Positions 1 to 23,640 of a stretch of 64,000 nt of DNA are shown piece by piece. Numbering within the stretch: the first letter of the stretch is position 1; the number at the start of each line of letters is the position of its first letter. Source of the stretch: the human T2T-CHM13v2.0 reference genome, Homo sapiens; assembly GCF_009914755.1 (NCBI RefSeq), contig NC_060926.1; one strand, written 5' to 3'. Both the position numbers and the translations under genes were made by a program. The notes beneath the pieces were generated by a model that ran no database searches, was not told where the DNA came from, and was given only the letters and a program-made list of their open reading frames with translations.

Positions 1-146
1 CCTCTGCCCAAGTATCTCCTCCATTTACCCTTGTGTGCAGCACAGTTATTTTCTATGTGATATGTACTGAGAGCACTTATGGGACTCCAAAAGAATAATT
101 ATCCATCTGTACCAGCTACTATTAGTTCAATTTAAAGGAAACTGGC

Positions 147-760
<614 letters not shown>

Positions 761-803
761 TAACATACATACATCTGGCAAGTTGCACTGCATACATACA
801 AAA

Positions 804-1474
804 CACAACTGGCTCTCCATATCTGTAGGTTCTACATCCATAGATTCAACCAACCACAGATTGAAAAAGTATATTTTTTAAAAAATTGCACCTGAGGCCA
901 GGCATGGTGGCTCATGCCTGTAATCCCAACACTTTGGGAGGCTGAGGCGGGCAGATCACCTGAGGTCAGGAGTTTGAGACCAGTCTGGCCAACATGGTGA
1001 ACCCCATCTCTACTAAAAATACAAACAATTAGCCGGGCATGGTGGCAGTTGCCTGTAATCCCAGCTACTCGGGAGGCTGAGGCAGGAGAATCGCTTGAAC
1101 CCGGAGGCGGAGGTTGCGGTGAGGCGAGATCATACCACTATACTCCAGCCTGGTTAACAAGGGTGAAACTCTGTCTCAAAACAAAAACAAAAACAAAAAC
1201 AAACAAAAACAAACTGCATCTGTACTAAACATGGACAGACTTTTCTTTCTTGTCATCATTCCCTAAATAACACAGTATAATGAAAATTTAGACAGCATTT
1301 ACAATGTATTAGATATTACATCTAATCTAGAGATGATTTAAAGTATATGGGAGGGTATACATAGGTTATATGCAAACACTGTAACATTTTATATCTGAGA
1401 CTTGAGCATCCATGGGATTTTTGTATCCACGGGAGGTCCTGAACCTCTCCTTCAAGAATACCAAAAGACAACTG
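804..1474 (-). mobile_element. MER2-like (TcMar-Tigger) DNA transposon split by an Alu at 896-1213
   Basis: Resembles the MER2 consensus (TCTAGAGATGATTTAAAGTATA, GACTTGAGCATCC) and ends CAACTG-TA. Confidence 0.75.
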
Positions 1475-1548
1475 TATTTTCAACATGAAAACAACTTGCT
1501 TTTAAAGTATTTCATTGGATAAACTGAAATATTGTTTAAAACTCTTAC

Positions 1549-1738
1549 CGATTTCTTTGGCAATGGAACATTATAAGCTGCAGGACCAAGAACCATCTCG
1601 AAGAGTTTGTCTGAGTAAGGTATGGTTTTCTCTACACTTTCCCGGAAATGGGAATCCCATTTGGCATATAGGATAGTGCCACCAATACCTCCACCAACAA
1701 ACAAAAGGCCAGCTCCAGCAATTTTGCCAGTAGTCAAC
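1549..1738 (-). CDS. IMMT: IMMT exon 3 with transmembrane segment (LTTGKIAGAGLLFVGGGIGGTILYAKW...PLPKKS); gene continues beyond window start
   Basis: cacttag acceptor and TCG|GTAAGA donor, 190 nt. Lies within supplied ORF 1480..1764. Confidence 0.97.
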
Positions 1739-1949
1739 CTAAGTGAAAGAAACAGGAAATACATTTATATTTCTTGGCTCTCCTACACCTATTTTCCTAT
1801 ACCAATGTAACCATCTCGAAGACCTCTAGCCTCTACTTATCTACCACTAATTCAGATCATAGCAGCCAAGTTTACCACCATATCTGCACATCACCTTTTC
1901 CTGATTTGTTTATAACATGTTGCCACCAAAAATAGTATTTATTCATTTT

Positions 1950-3124
<1,175 letters not shown>

Positions 3125-3415
3125 CTGAGTTCTGGATATAAATCTATTTGCCATAGAATGGAAGATTGCACATACAAGGAGGGCTATGCCTCGGATGCCA
3201 TCCAATTACCAAAGAGCCAAAAGGTGCATTATTAACAAATTTTTACCTACAAACAATGCTCCAGAAGGTACCCCAATAATGTTACAGCAAAGCTTCGGTG
3301 TATGTACCCCTTTTTAAAAAAAGGTTTAGACAGCTATTCCCATATTCAAGGAAAACACACACTCCCTAAGCAGCACACGGTGAAAAGCCTGGTTATAGGG
3401 AGACATAATACATAC

Positions 3416-3489
3416 CCAGAGCTGCCTGAAGTAGAGTATCTGCGGCATGGTCGCAATGGACGGAGGACAAACTTCCCACAGAGACAACT
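3416..3489 (-). CDS. IMMT: IMMT exon 2, SCLCGKFVLRPLRPCRRYSTSGSS(G)
   Basis: ctttag acceptor and GG|GTATG donor, 74 nt, in frame with exons 1 and 3. Arg-rich presequence. Confidence 0.96.
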
Positions 3490-4667
3490 CTAAAGAAGGA
3501 AAACACATCACAACCAATACAGTTAAAGGAAACTGGTAAGCTTTTAGGGTTGGTAATACAGAAATAATACTTTTATTAAAAATGTCTTCATTAAACAAAA
3601 AATTACTTTTTTTCAGAAGTCAATTTATCATGAACCATATTTATAGATTCCTAAAAGCAGTGATGCTTCTTACACCCCAAGGCTCACATAAAATTACTTT
3701 TAATATTAAAAAAAAATTATCAGACTATGATCAATTAGCACCTTTAAATAAGTCTTAAGTATGTTAATTATTTCTTGAATACAATTGGTATTTGCTATAT
3801 GTTTTCTTAATTGGCAAAAAAAAAAATCTATTTTTACTTTAAAAGCTTAGTTTAGACATCTGAAAAATCACCCACAAAGTCTAGCTAAAAACATGGCGTT
3901 ACAGGATACACACTCAAGGGACAGATCTAACCTCAGCTAACTGATCCAGAAAACCAGGTTTCTCATCTCTAAGCTAACTATGCAGCTGGTCAACTCCTAG
4001 AGGCATTCATTTAAAAGCTGATTTTTGGTTTATCTTAGCATATTGTTAGTCTAAAAGCCAACCATTTTAAGAAAAACATTTTAATTAATGTTGTAAATGT
4101 TCAAGTACACCTGTCCCCATATAACTAGTCTATCCTTACATAAAAACAAATGATCAGGGCTATATGGCTTGTGATTGGTTTTAATAAGAGTAAAATACAC
4201 CTAAATATTTCTTAATAATATGTGGATCCCCTAAATTAAGCAAATGAACAAGCATCTAAATACTATTGGGGAAGGTTTTCATAAACTTTAAACCATTCAT
4301 ACCTATTAATTTGAAAATTTACACTTATCAAATCCATAAAAGTATCTTTTTAAAAAATACTAGGAAAAATCAAACTGCAACAAGAGGAAAAATGCTTTTT
4401 CTAGGTTCTTTAATGAAATTGTATTTAACGAATATCAGAATAACACAAACTTCCTTTTAAAAGTATCTATAGTTTTAGGAAAATCTATCACATGATCATA
4501 GGACACATGAAATTACTCTAGTTATAATTTACACTCTACTGGCCAAAGCCTAGAGGTAAACAGCTAACTAATGCAGTCATACATTTTGAAAAACAAAAAA
4601 ACAAATCAGATGTTTTAAAATATGTAAAGCAGATACAACTGGTATTAAAAAGTATTTCAATTATTGA

Positions 4668-6550
4668 CATGGTGGCTCATGCCTGTAATCCCAGCACTTT
4701 GGGAGGCTGGCGAGGGTGAGCGGCGCAGGCGGGGATTGCTTGAGCCCAGGACGTCAGAACCAGCCTTGGCAACATGGCAAAACTCCATCTCTACTACAAA
4801 TACAAAAATTAGCCAGGTTTGGTGGCATGTGCCTATAGTCCCAGATACTTGGGAGGCTGAGGCATGAGAATCACTTGAGCCCCGGAGGTGGAGGTTGCAA
4901 TGAGCCAAGACTGTGTCACTCCACTCCAGCCTGGGCAATAGAATGAGACCCTGTCTCCTCCACTCCCCTTAAAAAAAAAAAACAAAACAAAAACAAAAAA
5001 TACCAAACAAACAAAAAAAACCCAGTATTTCAATTATTACCTACCCTGTAGATTTCCCAACATTTTTGAACCATTTTTAATAGAAAAGGGTGTTTTCCTT
5101 CTATTCTGTAAAGTAGTATGAAATTGTAAACAGAAATGCATCTATTTTTATATGTCAACAATTCCATTTTTGTGACTTAGGGAGAAAATATTAAGAGGCC
5201 ACTGAAGTTGTATTATATTTAAGGTTGCATTTTTTATCTGTCTAGGTATAAATAGGTATTCAGGTAAAAAGTTAAGGCACTGTCAACAGTGGATAATTAG
5301 CTAACTGGAGTATCAAGCAGCAAGCACAATGGATAACTGACTCCAGGAAATCAGGGACAAATTTAATACTAGAGTTTCAGACTACCCAAAGTCACATCAG
5401 TTTTTCTTTAAATAATTTTTTTTGTTGTTTGTAGAGACCAGGTCTTGCTATGTTGACCAGGCTGGTCTCGAACTCCTGGTCTCAACCTATTCTCCTGCCA
5501 CGGCCTCCCAAAGTGTTGGAATTACAGGCATGAACAACCACGCCCAGCATCAGTATTTTTAAATGTTTCTTTATCTACCTTCTATTTTCTTTTATCTTGA
5601 CTCTCCATCCTCCCTTTGACAGAATGTGTTTTGACTATAAGTTAAAAGCTCCTAATACTAAATAAATTTAAAATCTGAGGTTTTAAATAATAATTTTAGA
5701 AGTTTAAATATGCATAGAGTAAAATCTTCCTCATACTTCTTTCCCAGCCACCCCATGCTTGCCATAGGCAACTGACACTGTCAGTTTCTTATTTATCCAG
5801 AGACATTTTATGTATATTTATTCAAATGTGCATATTCTCCTGACTTTCCCCACCTTTACACAAATGATACCATAATATACACGCAATTCTCTATTAAAGT
5901 TCAAGGATATATATTTTAAATCACTGTATATCAGTACGTGAAAAGCTTCCCAAGGGATTTCATGATTTGGTATTCCATTGTTACTTAATGTTTAATTGTT
6001 AACCAGCCCCTATTGAGGGACACTGAGGTTTTTTCTAAATTTTTGTTAAAATAAATAATGCTACCTGAGTAACACTGTATACACAATTTTGGGTCTATTC
6101 TTAAAAGTAAAATTTGCCACGTTGATTAATACTGCCAAATTAGCCAAACTGCCCTCTAGTAATATGAAAGTATGTTTTCCCACATTTTCTCCAACACACT
6201 GTATTGTATCATTTTTTTTTCATCATTGACAATCTGAGGGGTGAAAATACAGAAATAAAGTGTTTCAAGCATATAAATAATTTTTTTTTTAAGAGACTGA
6301 GTCTTGCTCTGTTGCCAAGGTTGTGGAATGCAGTGGTATGATCATAGCTCACTGTAACCTCTAACTCCTGGGCTCAAGTGATCCTCCAGCCTCAGCCCCC
6401 TGAGTAGCTGGGACTACAGGCACATGCCCACCATACCCAGCTAATATTTTTGTTCTTGTTTTTTATAGAGCCAGGTCTGCTATGTTACCCAAGCTAGTTT
6501 TGAACTCATGGCCTCAAGCAATCCTCCTACCTTGGCCTCTCAAAGCACTG
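4668..6550. mobile_element. Alus at 4668-5020 (+), 5416-5548 (-, monomer) and 6281-6550 (-), with an old L1M relic at ~5680-6270
   Basis: Alu motifs, TSD CAGTATTTCAATTATT-like around the first, L1ME-like 3' sequence. Confidence 0.8.
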
Positions 6551-6609
6551 AGTAATTTTTATTTACATAATTTATATATTAATACGTTTATTATTGTTAA
6601 TATAATAAT

Positions 6610-8935
6610 TATAATTACACTGCTATTTAATACCACTAAGTTTAGGGTGGTCTGTTACACAGCTACAGATAACCAAACATATGTTTATACCTAGAAGAGG
6701 GGTGCTACTGCAACAAAACATAAACACGAGGTCATGACTTTGGGACTGGTGTTGGGGGCGGCAGAAGCTGAAGAACCTTGAAGAGACTGTGAGCAGAAGC
6801 CTAATGGCCTTCCAGAGCCTGTTGGTGAGGGCTTAAAGAAAAGCAAAAAAAAAAAAAAATTTTGGAACCTGGAGGAAAAGATATTCTTGTTATGTAGTGA
6901 CAGAAGTTTATCAAAACTGTCATCTGTAATGACAGACATGGAAAATAGAAAATTAAGTATAGCTATAGCTACACCTAATGAACTGACGTACTTGGCTAAA
7001 GAGTTCCAAGTAGGCCAGGCGCGATGGCTTACGCCTGTAATCCCAGCACTTTGGGAGGCCGAAGCGGGCGGATCACAAGGTCAGGAGATTGAGACCATCC
7101 TGCTGAACATGGTGAAACCCCGTCTCTACTAAAAATACAGAAAATTAGCCGGGCGTGGCAGTGTGCGCCTGTAGTCCCAGCTACTCGGGAGGCTGAGGCA
7201 GCATGAACCCGGGAGGCAGAGCTTGCAGTGAGCTGAGATTGCGCCAGCCTGGGTGACAGAGCCAGACTCTGTCTTAAAAAAAAAAAAACAAAAGAGTTCC
7301 AAGTATAGTGTTCATCACAAGCGCTAACTGGTTTCTTTTAGCTGAGTATGATAAGGACAGAGATAAGCATTAAAAAACAAAACAAAAACCTGTTTTGCTT
7401 TCAAGCAAAATTTAAAGGAAATATAAAAGAGTCAGGATTTGGTGGGTTCAAAAATAAAACTGCTTATTGTTTTCAAATAGATTCTCAAATAGAGAAGGGC
7501 TTCAAGCCAAAGATCAAATCTAGTGTGTGACCAAAAGATACTTTGAGATCTCAAAAAGATCTAAGGAGGTGCCCCTCAGAGAGTCTTTTTACCTTGAGGA
7601 AAAGGCCCTCTAAGAATCATAAGGATGTGTTTCCCAGATTCTATTGAATCAATAAGGTTACTCAGAACATTAAAGGTGTTACCTACAGCAGCCTCACAGG
7701 AAGCCCAAAATGGAGAAGGGCTTATCTTGATAAGATGTGTATCATGCATCTAATGAAGAAAATCCCATTAAGATTCACAGGAAACCCACAAACTTGTTGA
7801 GAATTGTGTCAATAAAAAACATGCTGGCTTATATTTAAAGTGAAAAAGAGGACAAAATGAAAAGAAGCTTCTAGACAAACTTCTACAGACAGGAAGTAGG
7901 CTGTGAAACAATTCAGCTGTAACAGACAACATATTCTGGAAACGGAAGAATAATTCAAGTGTAAAACCAGGAGCCCAAAGGGTAGAACCAAGAGCTGAGG
8001 AGAATCATTCCCAAGCAGTAGGACTGAGCTCTCATCAAGGAATTAGAAACATAGGGCCAGCTGAATTTTACACTTGTTATGGAATGGTGACTGCTGTGTG
8101 CCTCTTAGTTTCTGCCTTTTTGAATAGGAGTGTCTAGAGTGATTATCCTGTGTCTGTCATACCACCATATGCTGAATGTATGGGGAGCAGATAATTTGTC
8201 TCTTTAGTTTACAGGGCTTTAGATCACCAAAAAAAGTGTTTAAGAAGCTATACCCTAGGGACCACATTCAAGATGTCTTATCCATAGTAGGATCTGATTC
8301 AGATGACAAGATCTTGTTCCTAATGCTGATGCTTTGATGGCATTAGACTCTGGAGAGTCTTGGAGAAGGTTGTGAGTGGGAGGGATGTGCATGTGGGAGG
8401 GATGTCAGTTGGGTCCAGAAGGCTGAGGATAATATCCAAAATTGACTGCAACAATACTTCCTATACCACATGCTGTTCCAGAAACGTGCCCCTCTCCCAA
8501 CAATAATAAGTTTTATGTACACTTCCCTTAAACAAGGGCAGGCCTTTGTTACTAATTCACTAATAGAAGGCAGTGAAAGTGATGCTCTGTAACTCCTGAG
8601 ACTAAGACATAAAAAGGATACAGCTTCTACCTAGCTCTGCCTCTTGTCACACTTGCCCTTGGAACCCAGCCACCAAAGTGTATGGAAGTCCAGACACTTA
8701 AAGATGCCACAGATGGGTGATCCAGCCAACAGTCCCTGCTGAGGTGTCAGCTGCAGCCAGTATTTACTGCCACACATGAGAGTAAAGAAGACTTGGGGAT
8801 GACTGTAGACCTAGTAACTATCTGACTGCAACTTCATGAGGGTCTCTGAGCAAAAATTTTCCAGAACTGAGTAAGGCAATAAATACTGTTATTTTACCCC
8901 AAGCTCAAGGTGGCCTGTTATGCAGCTGTAACTCA
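6610..8935 (+). mobile_element. MaLR (MLT1-type) LTR end, internal region and LTR, interrupted by an Alu at 7013-7292
   Basis: MLT1-like termini (AAGTTTAGGGTGGTCTGTTACACAGC; GGTGGCCTGTTATGCAGC) flank MLT-int-like sequence. Confidence 0.6.
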
Positions 8936-9139
8936 TAAGAACAGATCTTTTTAAATTCATGGATTTAAACACTTTTGATGGATTTCAACCATTTGTAATT
9001 ACTGTCTTTTTGCTCAAATTTTCCTATCTTGGGCCAATGGAAGCCTCTGCAAGTTTAGGGTGTGTATGTGTGTATCTAGCTCTGGCTCTATACTTCAGGC
9101 CATCTGCAAATACCTGGTGGCAGGTATTTTTTTTTTCCT

Positions 9140-11100
<1,961 letters not shown>

Positions 11101-11311
11101 CTCCAGAGCTCTCTTAAGTACTAAACTATTAACATAAACTAAATATCCTACATTAACACACAAAATATTGGCTACTTTTTTGTCCTGGAATTCCTTTTTA
11201 TTAATAAGGACCTATGACATAGAAAGGACAACACTGTTTCAAAGCAATCTGTCTAGACATATGTTATAAGGTTAGCCTTGCTGCTTCTAACCCGCAGAAA
11301 CGTGATATTAA

Positions 11312-13090
<1,779 letters not shown>

Positions 13091-13095
13091 CTATC

Positions 13096-14570
<1,475 letters not shown>

Positions 14571-14579
14571 ATTCATGAA

Positions 14580-15900
14580 CCCATTCATTCTTTCATTTAT
14601 ATATGTCATAAACATTCACTGAGCATCTACTTGGAGCCAGGGACTATTGTTAATACTGGAAATACAGCAGTAAATATGGACACAGTTCCATTGTGGAGCT
14701 TACTTTTTAAAGGTGGAAACTGTGTAATAAATACACATTATAACATCAGGTAGTGCTAGGAGCTACAAAGTATAACAAAGTAGGATGGGGTAAAGATATA
14801 GTGATACAAGGAAGGCAAGAGTAGTCAGAATTCTATTTTGGATCAGGATGCCCTCTCTGAAGGGAAGGTGACATTTGAGAAATTAACTGAAGGGAATAAG
14901 TTAAGCAAACGTGTGAGAAGAGTTCAGGGCAAAAGAAACACCTGATGAAAAGGCAGTGAGGCACATGCTGGAGATTACCAGGAGAATCTGAGTGAGGCAG
15001 TAGAAAAATGAAATATGAGAAGAGTCAGATCAAGGGCCCATGGTAAGCAGTTTAGATTTTATTTTGAATGTGATGCGATGTCTCCAAAGAGCATGACCTC
15101 ATGTTTGCCTTTTAAAAAGCCTTTTACTAAATGTCTTACTGCTTTTACTATTCCCTCCTAGAGTAAAGAATGGACTCTAGGAGGGAACAGTAAAAGCAGT
15201 AAGACATTTAAGAAGATGGGGTTGGCTGGGCACAGTGGCTCGTGCCTATATTCCCAGCATTTTGGGAGGCAGAAGTGGGAGGATCATTTGAGCCCAGGAG
15301 TTCGAGACCAGCCTGGCCAACACAGAGAGACTCCGTCTCTACAAAAATTTTTTAAAAAATTAGCCAGGGATGGTGGCACATGCCTGTGGTCCCAGCTACT
15401 CAGGAGGCTGAGGTAAGAGGATTGCTTGCGCTCAGGAGGTCAAGGCTGCAGTGAGCCATGACTGTGCCACTGCACTCCAGCCTGGGTGACAAAGTGAGAC
15501 TCCGTATCCAAAAAAAAAAAAAAAGAAAGATGGGGTTTAATAAAGTGGAAAGGATCTTGACAAGTGAGATATTCTGGATACGTTGATACAATCAAATACG
15601 ACGAGGCTAGAGAGTCACCTGCTTGGGGATTAAAGTTCTGAGAGTTGATGTAATCTCAAATTAGAGAGTCTATAAAGAGACAGGAAGAGATGAGAAGGTG
15701 TATATTTCGAGGTACAAAGCAGAAGCAGACTCAGTAAAGGAAAACAAGAGAGATGGGACCCAAAATATTACTTGAGAGAAGCCAAAAGTACAAAGAGCCT
15801 CATAAAGCAGCAATGTCAAATGCTACAGAATTAAGGAGATGGTGAGAATAAACCAAAGAATTTTACAAGACAGCAATTTCAAGAAGCTTAGACATCTTGA
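14580..15900 (-). mobile_element. Degenerate L2 relic with an Alu at 15224-15528 (+)
   Basis: ATTCATTC/CATTCACTGAGCATCTAC L2 3' signature and purine-rich body. Confidence 0.6.
15128..15210 (-). ncRNA. MIR4779: MIR4779 precursor hairpin in IMMT intron 1; mature sequence at about 15160..15139
   Basis: 37-bp inverted repeat (15128-15164 / 15174-15210) with a 9-nt loop. The minus strand carries TAGGAGGGAATAGTAAAAGCAG, which I recall as miR-4779. Confidence 0.85.
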
Positions 15901-15999
15901 TTCAGAGCTATAAAAGGGTTCATTTTTTATTACCAAGTTTTAATTAGTTTTCTTAATTCCCAAATGGGATCCCAAAAAGTTGACTCTGAATTAACTGAA

Positions 16000-16482
16000 A
16001 AGGAGGTCATCCAGGTGGGCCTGGTCTAATCACATAAGCCTTTTAAATCTGGGTCTAGAGAGGAAAGACCAAAGTAAAAGAAATTTGGAAGTCAGAGAGG
16101 CAAGCTCCTGGTAGCCTGCACGAAAGCAAACATCAATGTTATGAATGGCCTCTAGAGGCCTTGAGGCAAGGAACTGTAGGCAGGCTGTAAAAGCTGGGAG
16201 CAGTGGCTGGCAAGAGGCAGCAAGAAAAGAAGTACTTCAGTCCTGTAACTGCAAGGGACTGAATTCTGCCAACAAACTGCATGAGCCTGGAAGAGGACCC
16301 TGATCTCCAAATAAGAACCACAGCATGGCTAATACTTTGCAGCCTTATGTGACCTGGAGCGGAGAACACAGATCATCCGTGCCCAGACTTCTATCCTACA
16401 GAACCCGTAAGGTCATTCATGGGTGTTGTTTTAAGCTGCTAAATTTGTGGTATTTGTTACGCAGCAATAGAAAACTAACACA
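16000..16482 (+). mobile_element. MLT1 (MaLR) LTR
   Basis: GAATTCTGCCAACAA... and terminal GTTGTTTTAAGCTGCTAAATTTGTGGTATTTGTTACGCAGCAATAGAAAACTAACACA. Confidence 0.82.
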
Positions 16483-17039
16483 GGTTCATTCCACTTTCCT
16501 ATGGAAGGGGCTGCTTCTGTTACCTAGCAGCAAATAGGAAGAGAAGCGAACTTGAAAAAACAAAGCTTGACTTTTATGATCTCTAACTCACTATTCCTAG
16601 GGATTCTGTTCAATTACTGCTTGAGTCACAGTACTTGGTTTGCTATCTACATTTTGCCAAAATATCAACTTCCTGAAAATCACGAGCAGTGGAAACAGGC
16701 TTTTTAATTTTCAATTTTAGAAAGTAACTTTGGCAATTACGCAAAACTAGAAGTAACTGGGTATTTAGGCTCCTTGAATGTCAAAGTAGTCCCAGCGCCT
16801 GGAGACACAGATCCCTGCCCTAATCTCAGAAATGAGCCACAAGGTCATGACTCCTGTCTTTCCTTGAAGACCAGGAGTTTCAGCTCCACAAATGAAAATC
16901 TTTCGCTTTTGTTTGGATTAAGAATAACTCAGAAGTGTTCTCAGCTGCGAAAAGAAAGGCACTCCCTCCCAGATAATTACAACCTTGACCCCTAAAATGT
17001 GGACTCTCGCTAGAAGTCCAGGCACCTCCTTATTAAGGA

Positions 17040-17830
17040 TGCAACAAGCCGCCCCTCCGCTCGTCCTGACGGGAACTGTAGTTCTCGCCCGTCGACCTTC
17101 AGCACTGAAAACCTATCGCGCGCCCAACCGGCGACCCAGACGCCAGCAGCCAGGATTGGTCCTGGACGGGGGCAGCGCGGCCCTGATTGGACTACATGCC
17201 CACGAAGCCGCGCCTCCCGCTACTCTCCACACCCCACCCCGCTGCTGCAATAACCTCAAGTCATCCCAGTCCGGCGAACTCCCTGGTGGCTGCCTAGCTG
17301 CCCGCCCGGGCCTCTCCCGACGAGGGTGGCCCTGAGGCTCGCCTTTGTCCTGGAGGCTAGGCAGCGACCAAGGCTCCCCCGTTTTTCGCTGACGGTCCTA
17401 GGTCAGCCTCCTCACGCGCCTCCGGGAGCCCCAGTGCTCACCTGGGCGGCGGCGGTCACACCCGATAACTGACAGGCCCGCAGCATCTCGGTCAAGCGGA
17501 CGGCGCTGCTGGTGGACTCGAGCTGCCGCGGCGGCGCGAGTTAAGTGGAGGCGTGCTTGCGTGTGTGCGTGCCCGCGTCCGCGCCCGGCGCACCGGAAGC
17601 ACAGCGGACGCCACTGCGCACGCGCGGCCCCTTCTACCGTTCCCGACTCCGCGGCTCTTAGAGGGTGGGCTGTGTCCCGGCTGCGGAAACGCCAACTCCA
17701 GGCGATTGGCGCGAAGGAGGCGAAAAGGGCGGATTCCCTTTCCGGGTCGCGCCCGGGCTGCAGGTCCTTATCCCGAAGCTGGGGTTACTAGGTGAACACG
17801 GCCGGAGGGAGAGCGCTCTGAAATCCATTC
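17040..17830. promoter_or_regulatory. IMMT CpG island/promoter
   Basis: High CpG density around exon 1. NRF1 consensus TGCGCACGCGCG at 17615-17626, ETS/GABP ACCGGAAG at 17592-17599, inverted CCAAT boxes (GATTGG) near 17154, 17185 and 17704, ACTAYRNNNCCCR motif on the minus strand at 17070-17082. Confidence 0.88.
17442..17486 (-). CDS. IMMT: IMMT (MIC60/mitofilin) coding exon 1, MLRACQLSGVTAAAQ
   Basis: ATG at 17486-17484, 45 nt to a CAG|GTGAG donor. Translation matches the recognised mitofilin N-terminal presequence and lies in a CpG island. Confidence 0.97.
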
Positions 17831-18250
17831 TTCAGCCGCACGTGGAAAATGGACAGCTGTGACTCTTAAAGAGAATTAAAGCAACAAAGCATCTCAGCCT
17901 GCTCTATGAGCTGGATATTTCGTAGGAAAGAGCCGATTTGGCGAAAGTTACGTAAACAATGGAATTGTCTCAGTTTGCGCCTTTGTTTCGTTTGACAGCC
18001 CTTCAGGGAGTCATCGTGATTGCTGGAGACGGTGAACTAACACTGTGGGGACCCTTGTGCTAAACGTGTCAAGTGGCACAACAAGGATAGGAACACGGGT
18101 CCTTTGGACTCCACAGCTTCTGCTCCTTCCAGATTAAACCACACTGCTTTCTCCAAGTTGTTACTGTAGTAACATCATTTTGGCTGCAGTTTGTGGATGG
18201 GTTGGAAAATGGGAAGTCAATGCAGAAGCACCGTTGAAAGTATTCCACTG

Positions 18251-21381
<3,131 letters not shown>

Positions 21382-21419
21382 TTAATAAGAAATTTTGTAG
21401 AACCTTCTATAGGCAGTCG

Positions 21420-21910
21420 TTTTACAGCGGCGAAGAACGGAACCCGGCAGATGACATTGAATAAATGTTGAGTGGACAACTTTGTTCTTTTCCTCTTCCT
21501 TGACTCCGCCTCCTTGCTTTCCCTTCATTCTCTTTTGCTCTTGTGCTTTTAAACCCAAAGCGGCCGCCGTAGGCGAAGGTGAAGATGGCTGCCTCTGCCT
21601 TTGCTGGTGCAGTGAGAGCAGCTTCAGGTCAGTGGAGAGCGACATACTCCATGCATGCCTTCACAGAAGGGGAAACTGGTGCGGGATGGAATGGGCGTTT
21701 AGACTGGAGGTTAACAAGCAAAAAGGGTCATTATTTAAGTTAAGAAGGTTGCGCCCAATTTTCTCTGGGGCGGTGTGACCGGCAGCCCGTACCAAGTCCC
21801 CCGACTCGGACTCACGCGGGCCTGTGTGTCACGCATTTGCCGCTTCCTTACCAGCTTTTTTTCCCTAGAAAAGAAGCCAGAGAAACTGGAACGGAGGGGG
21901 CGAGGGAAAC
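21420..21910 (+). promoter_or_regulatory. MRPL35 promoter/CpG-rich region
   Basis: CpG-rich sequence around exon 1, pyrimidine tract at 21481-21550, YY1/TISU-like GAAGATGGCTGC over the ATG. Confidence 0.75.
21585..21627 (+). CDS. MRPL35: MRPL35 (mitochondrial ribosomal protein bL35m) exon 1, MAASAFAGAVRAAS(G)
   Basis: ATG at 21585 in good Kozak context, CAG|GTCAGT donor, 43 nt. Confidence 0.96.
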
Positions 21911-22399
21911 CAAAAAGTCTCACCTAACTTTCTGATTTAGAGGCTACGACCTGCCATTCACGACCTTTAACCTTGAGAATTAATGTCTCCTAACTTAAGA
22001 TTCTACACCTCTAAAATGGGGGTCATAACCACCTACCTGGGGATTAAATGAGATAATGCACGTAAAGCGTTTTGGGCAGTGCCTGACACATGGTAAGCTT
22101 GAAGGCTAATTTAATTTTTAACTACAGCCCCCGGCACAAGGGCTGGTATGAGGACTTCTTGACTGAGAGATAGCAGAAGTAAAGGCGACTAAATTAAGTT
22201 GCCGTCACGTTAAGTACTTTTTGCAAAAAGTTAAAAATCATCCAAATACCATAGGATGCTCAGTAAGTTACTTTCACACAAAATATATTGTTAGGATAAC
22301 ATTTTGTGGGAGAATATACGAGATCAGTCAAGAAAATGCAGCGATGTAAATTTTACCGTTAGAGAAAAGCTTTTTTTATGTGGAGTATTTTTTGTGTTC

Positions 22400-23640
<1,241 letters not shown>

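Noticed and set aside
1591-1822. 14-bp direct repeat AACCATCTCGAAGA in IMMT exon 3 (1591) and intron 2 (1809)
   Set aside because: One copy is coding, the intervening DNA is not a mobile element, and it is too short to interpret. Similar short repeats at 10924-10950, 40768-40794 and 54246-54304 were also dismissed.
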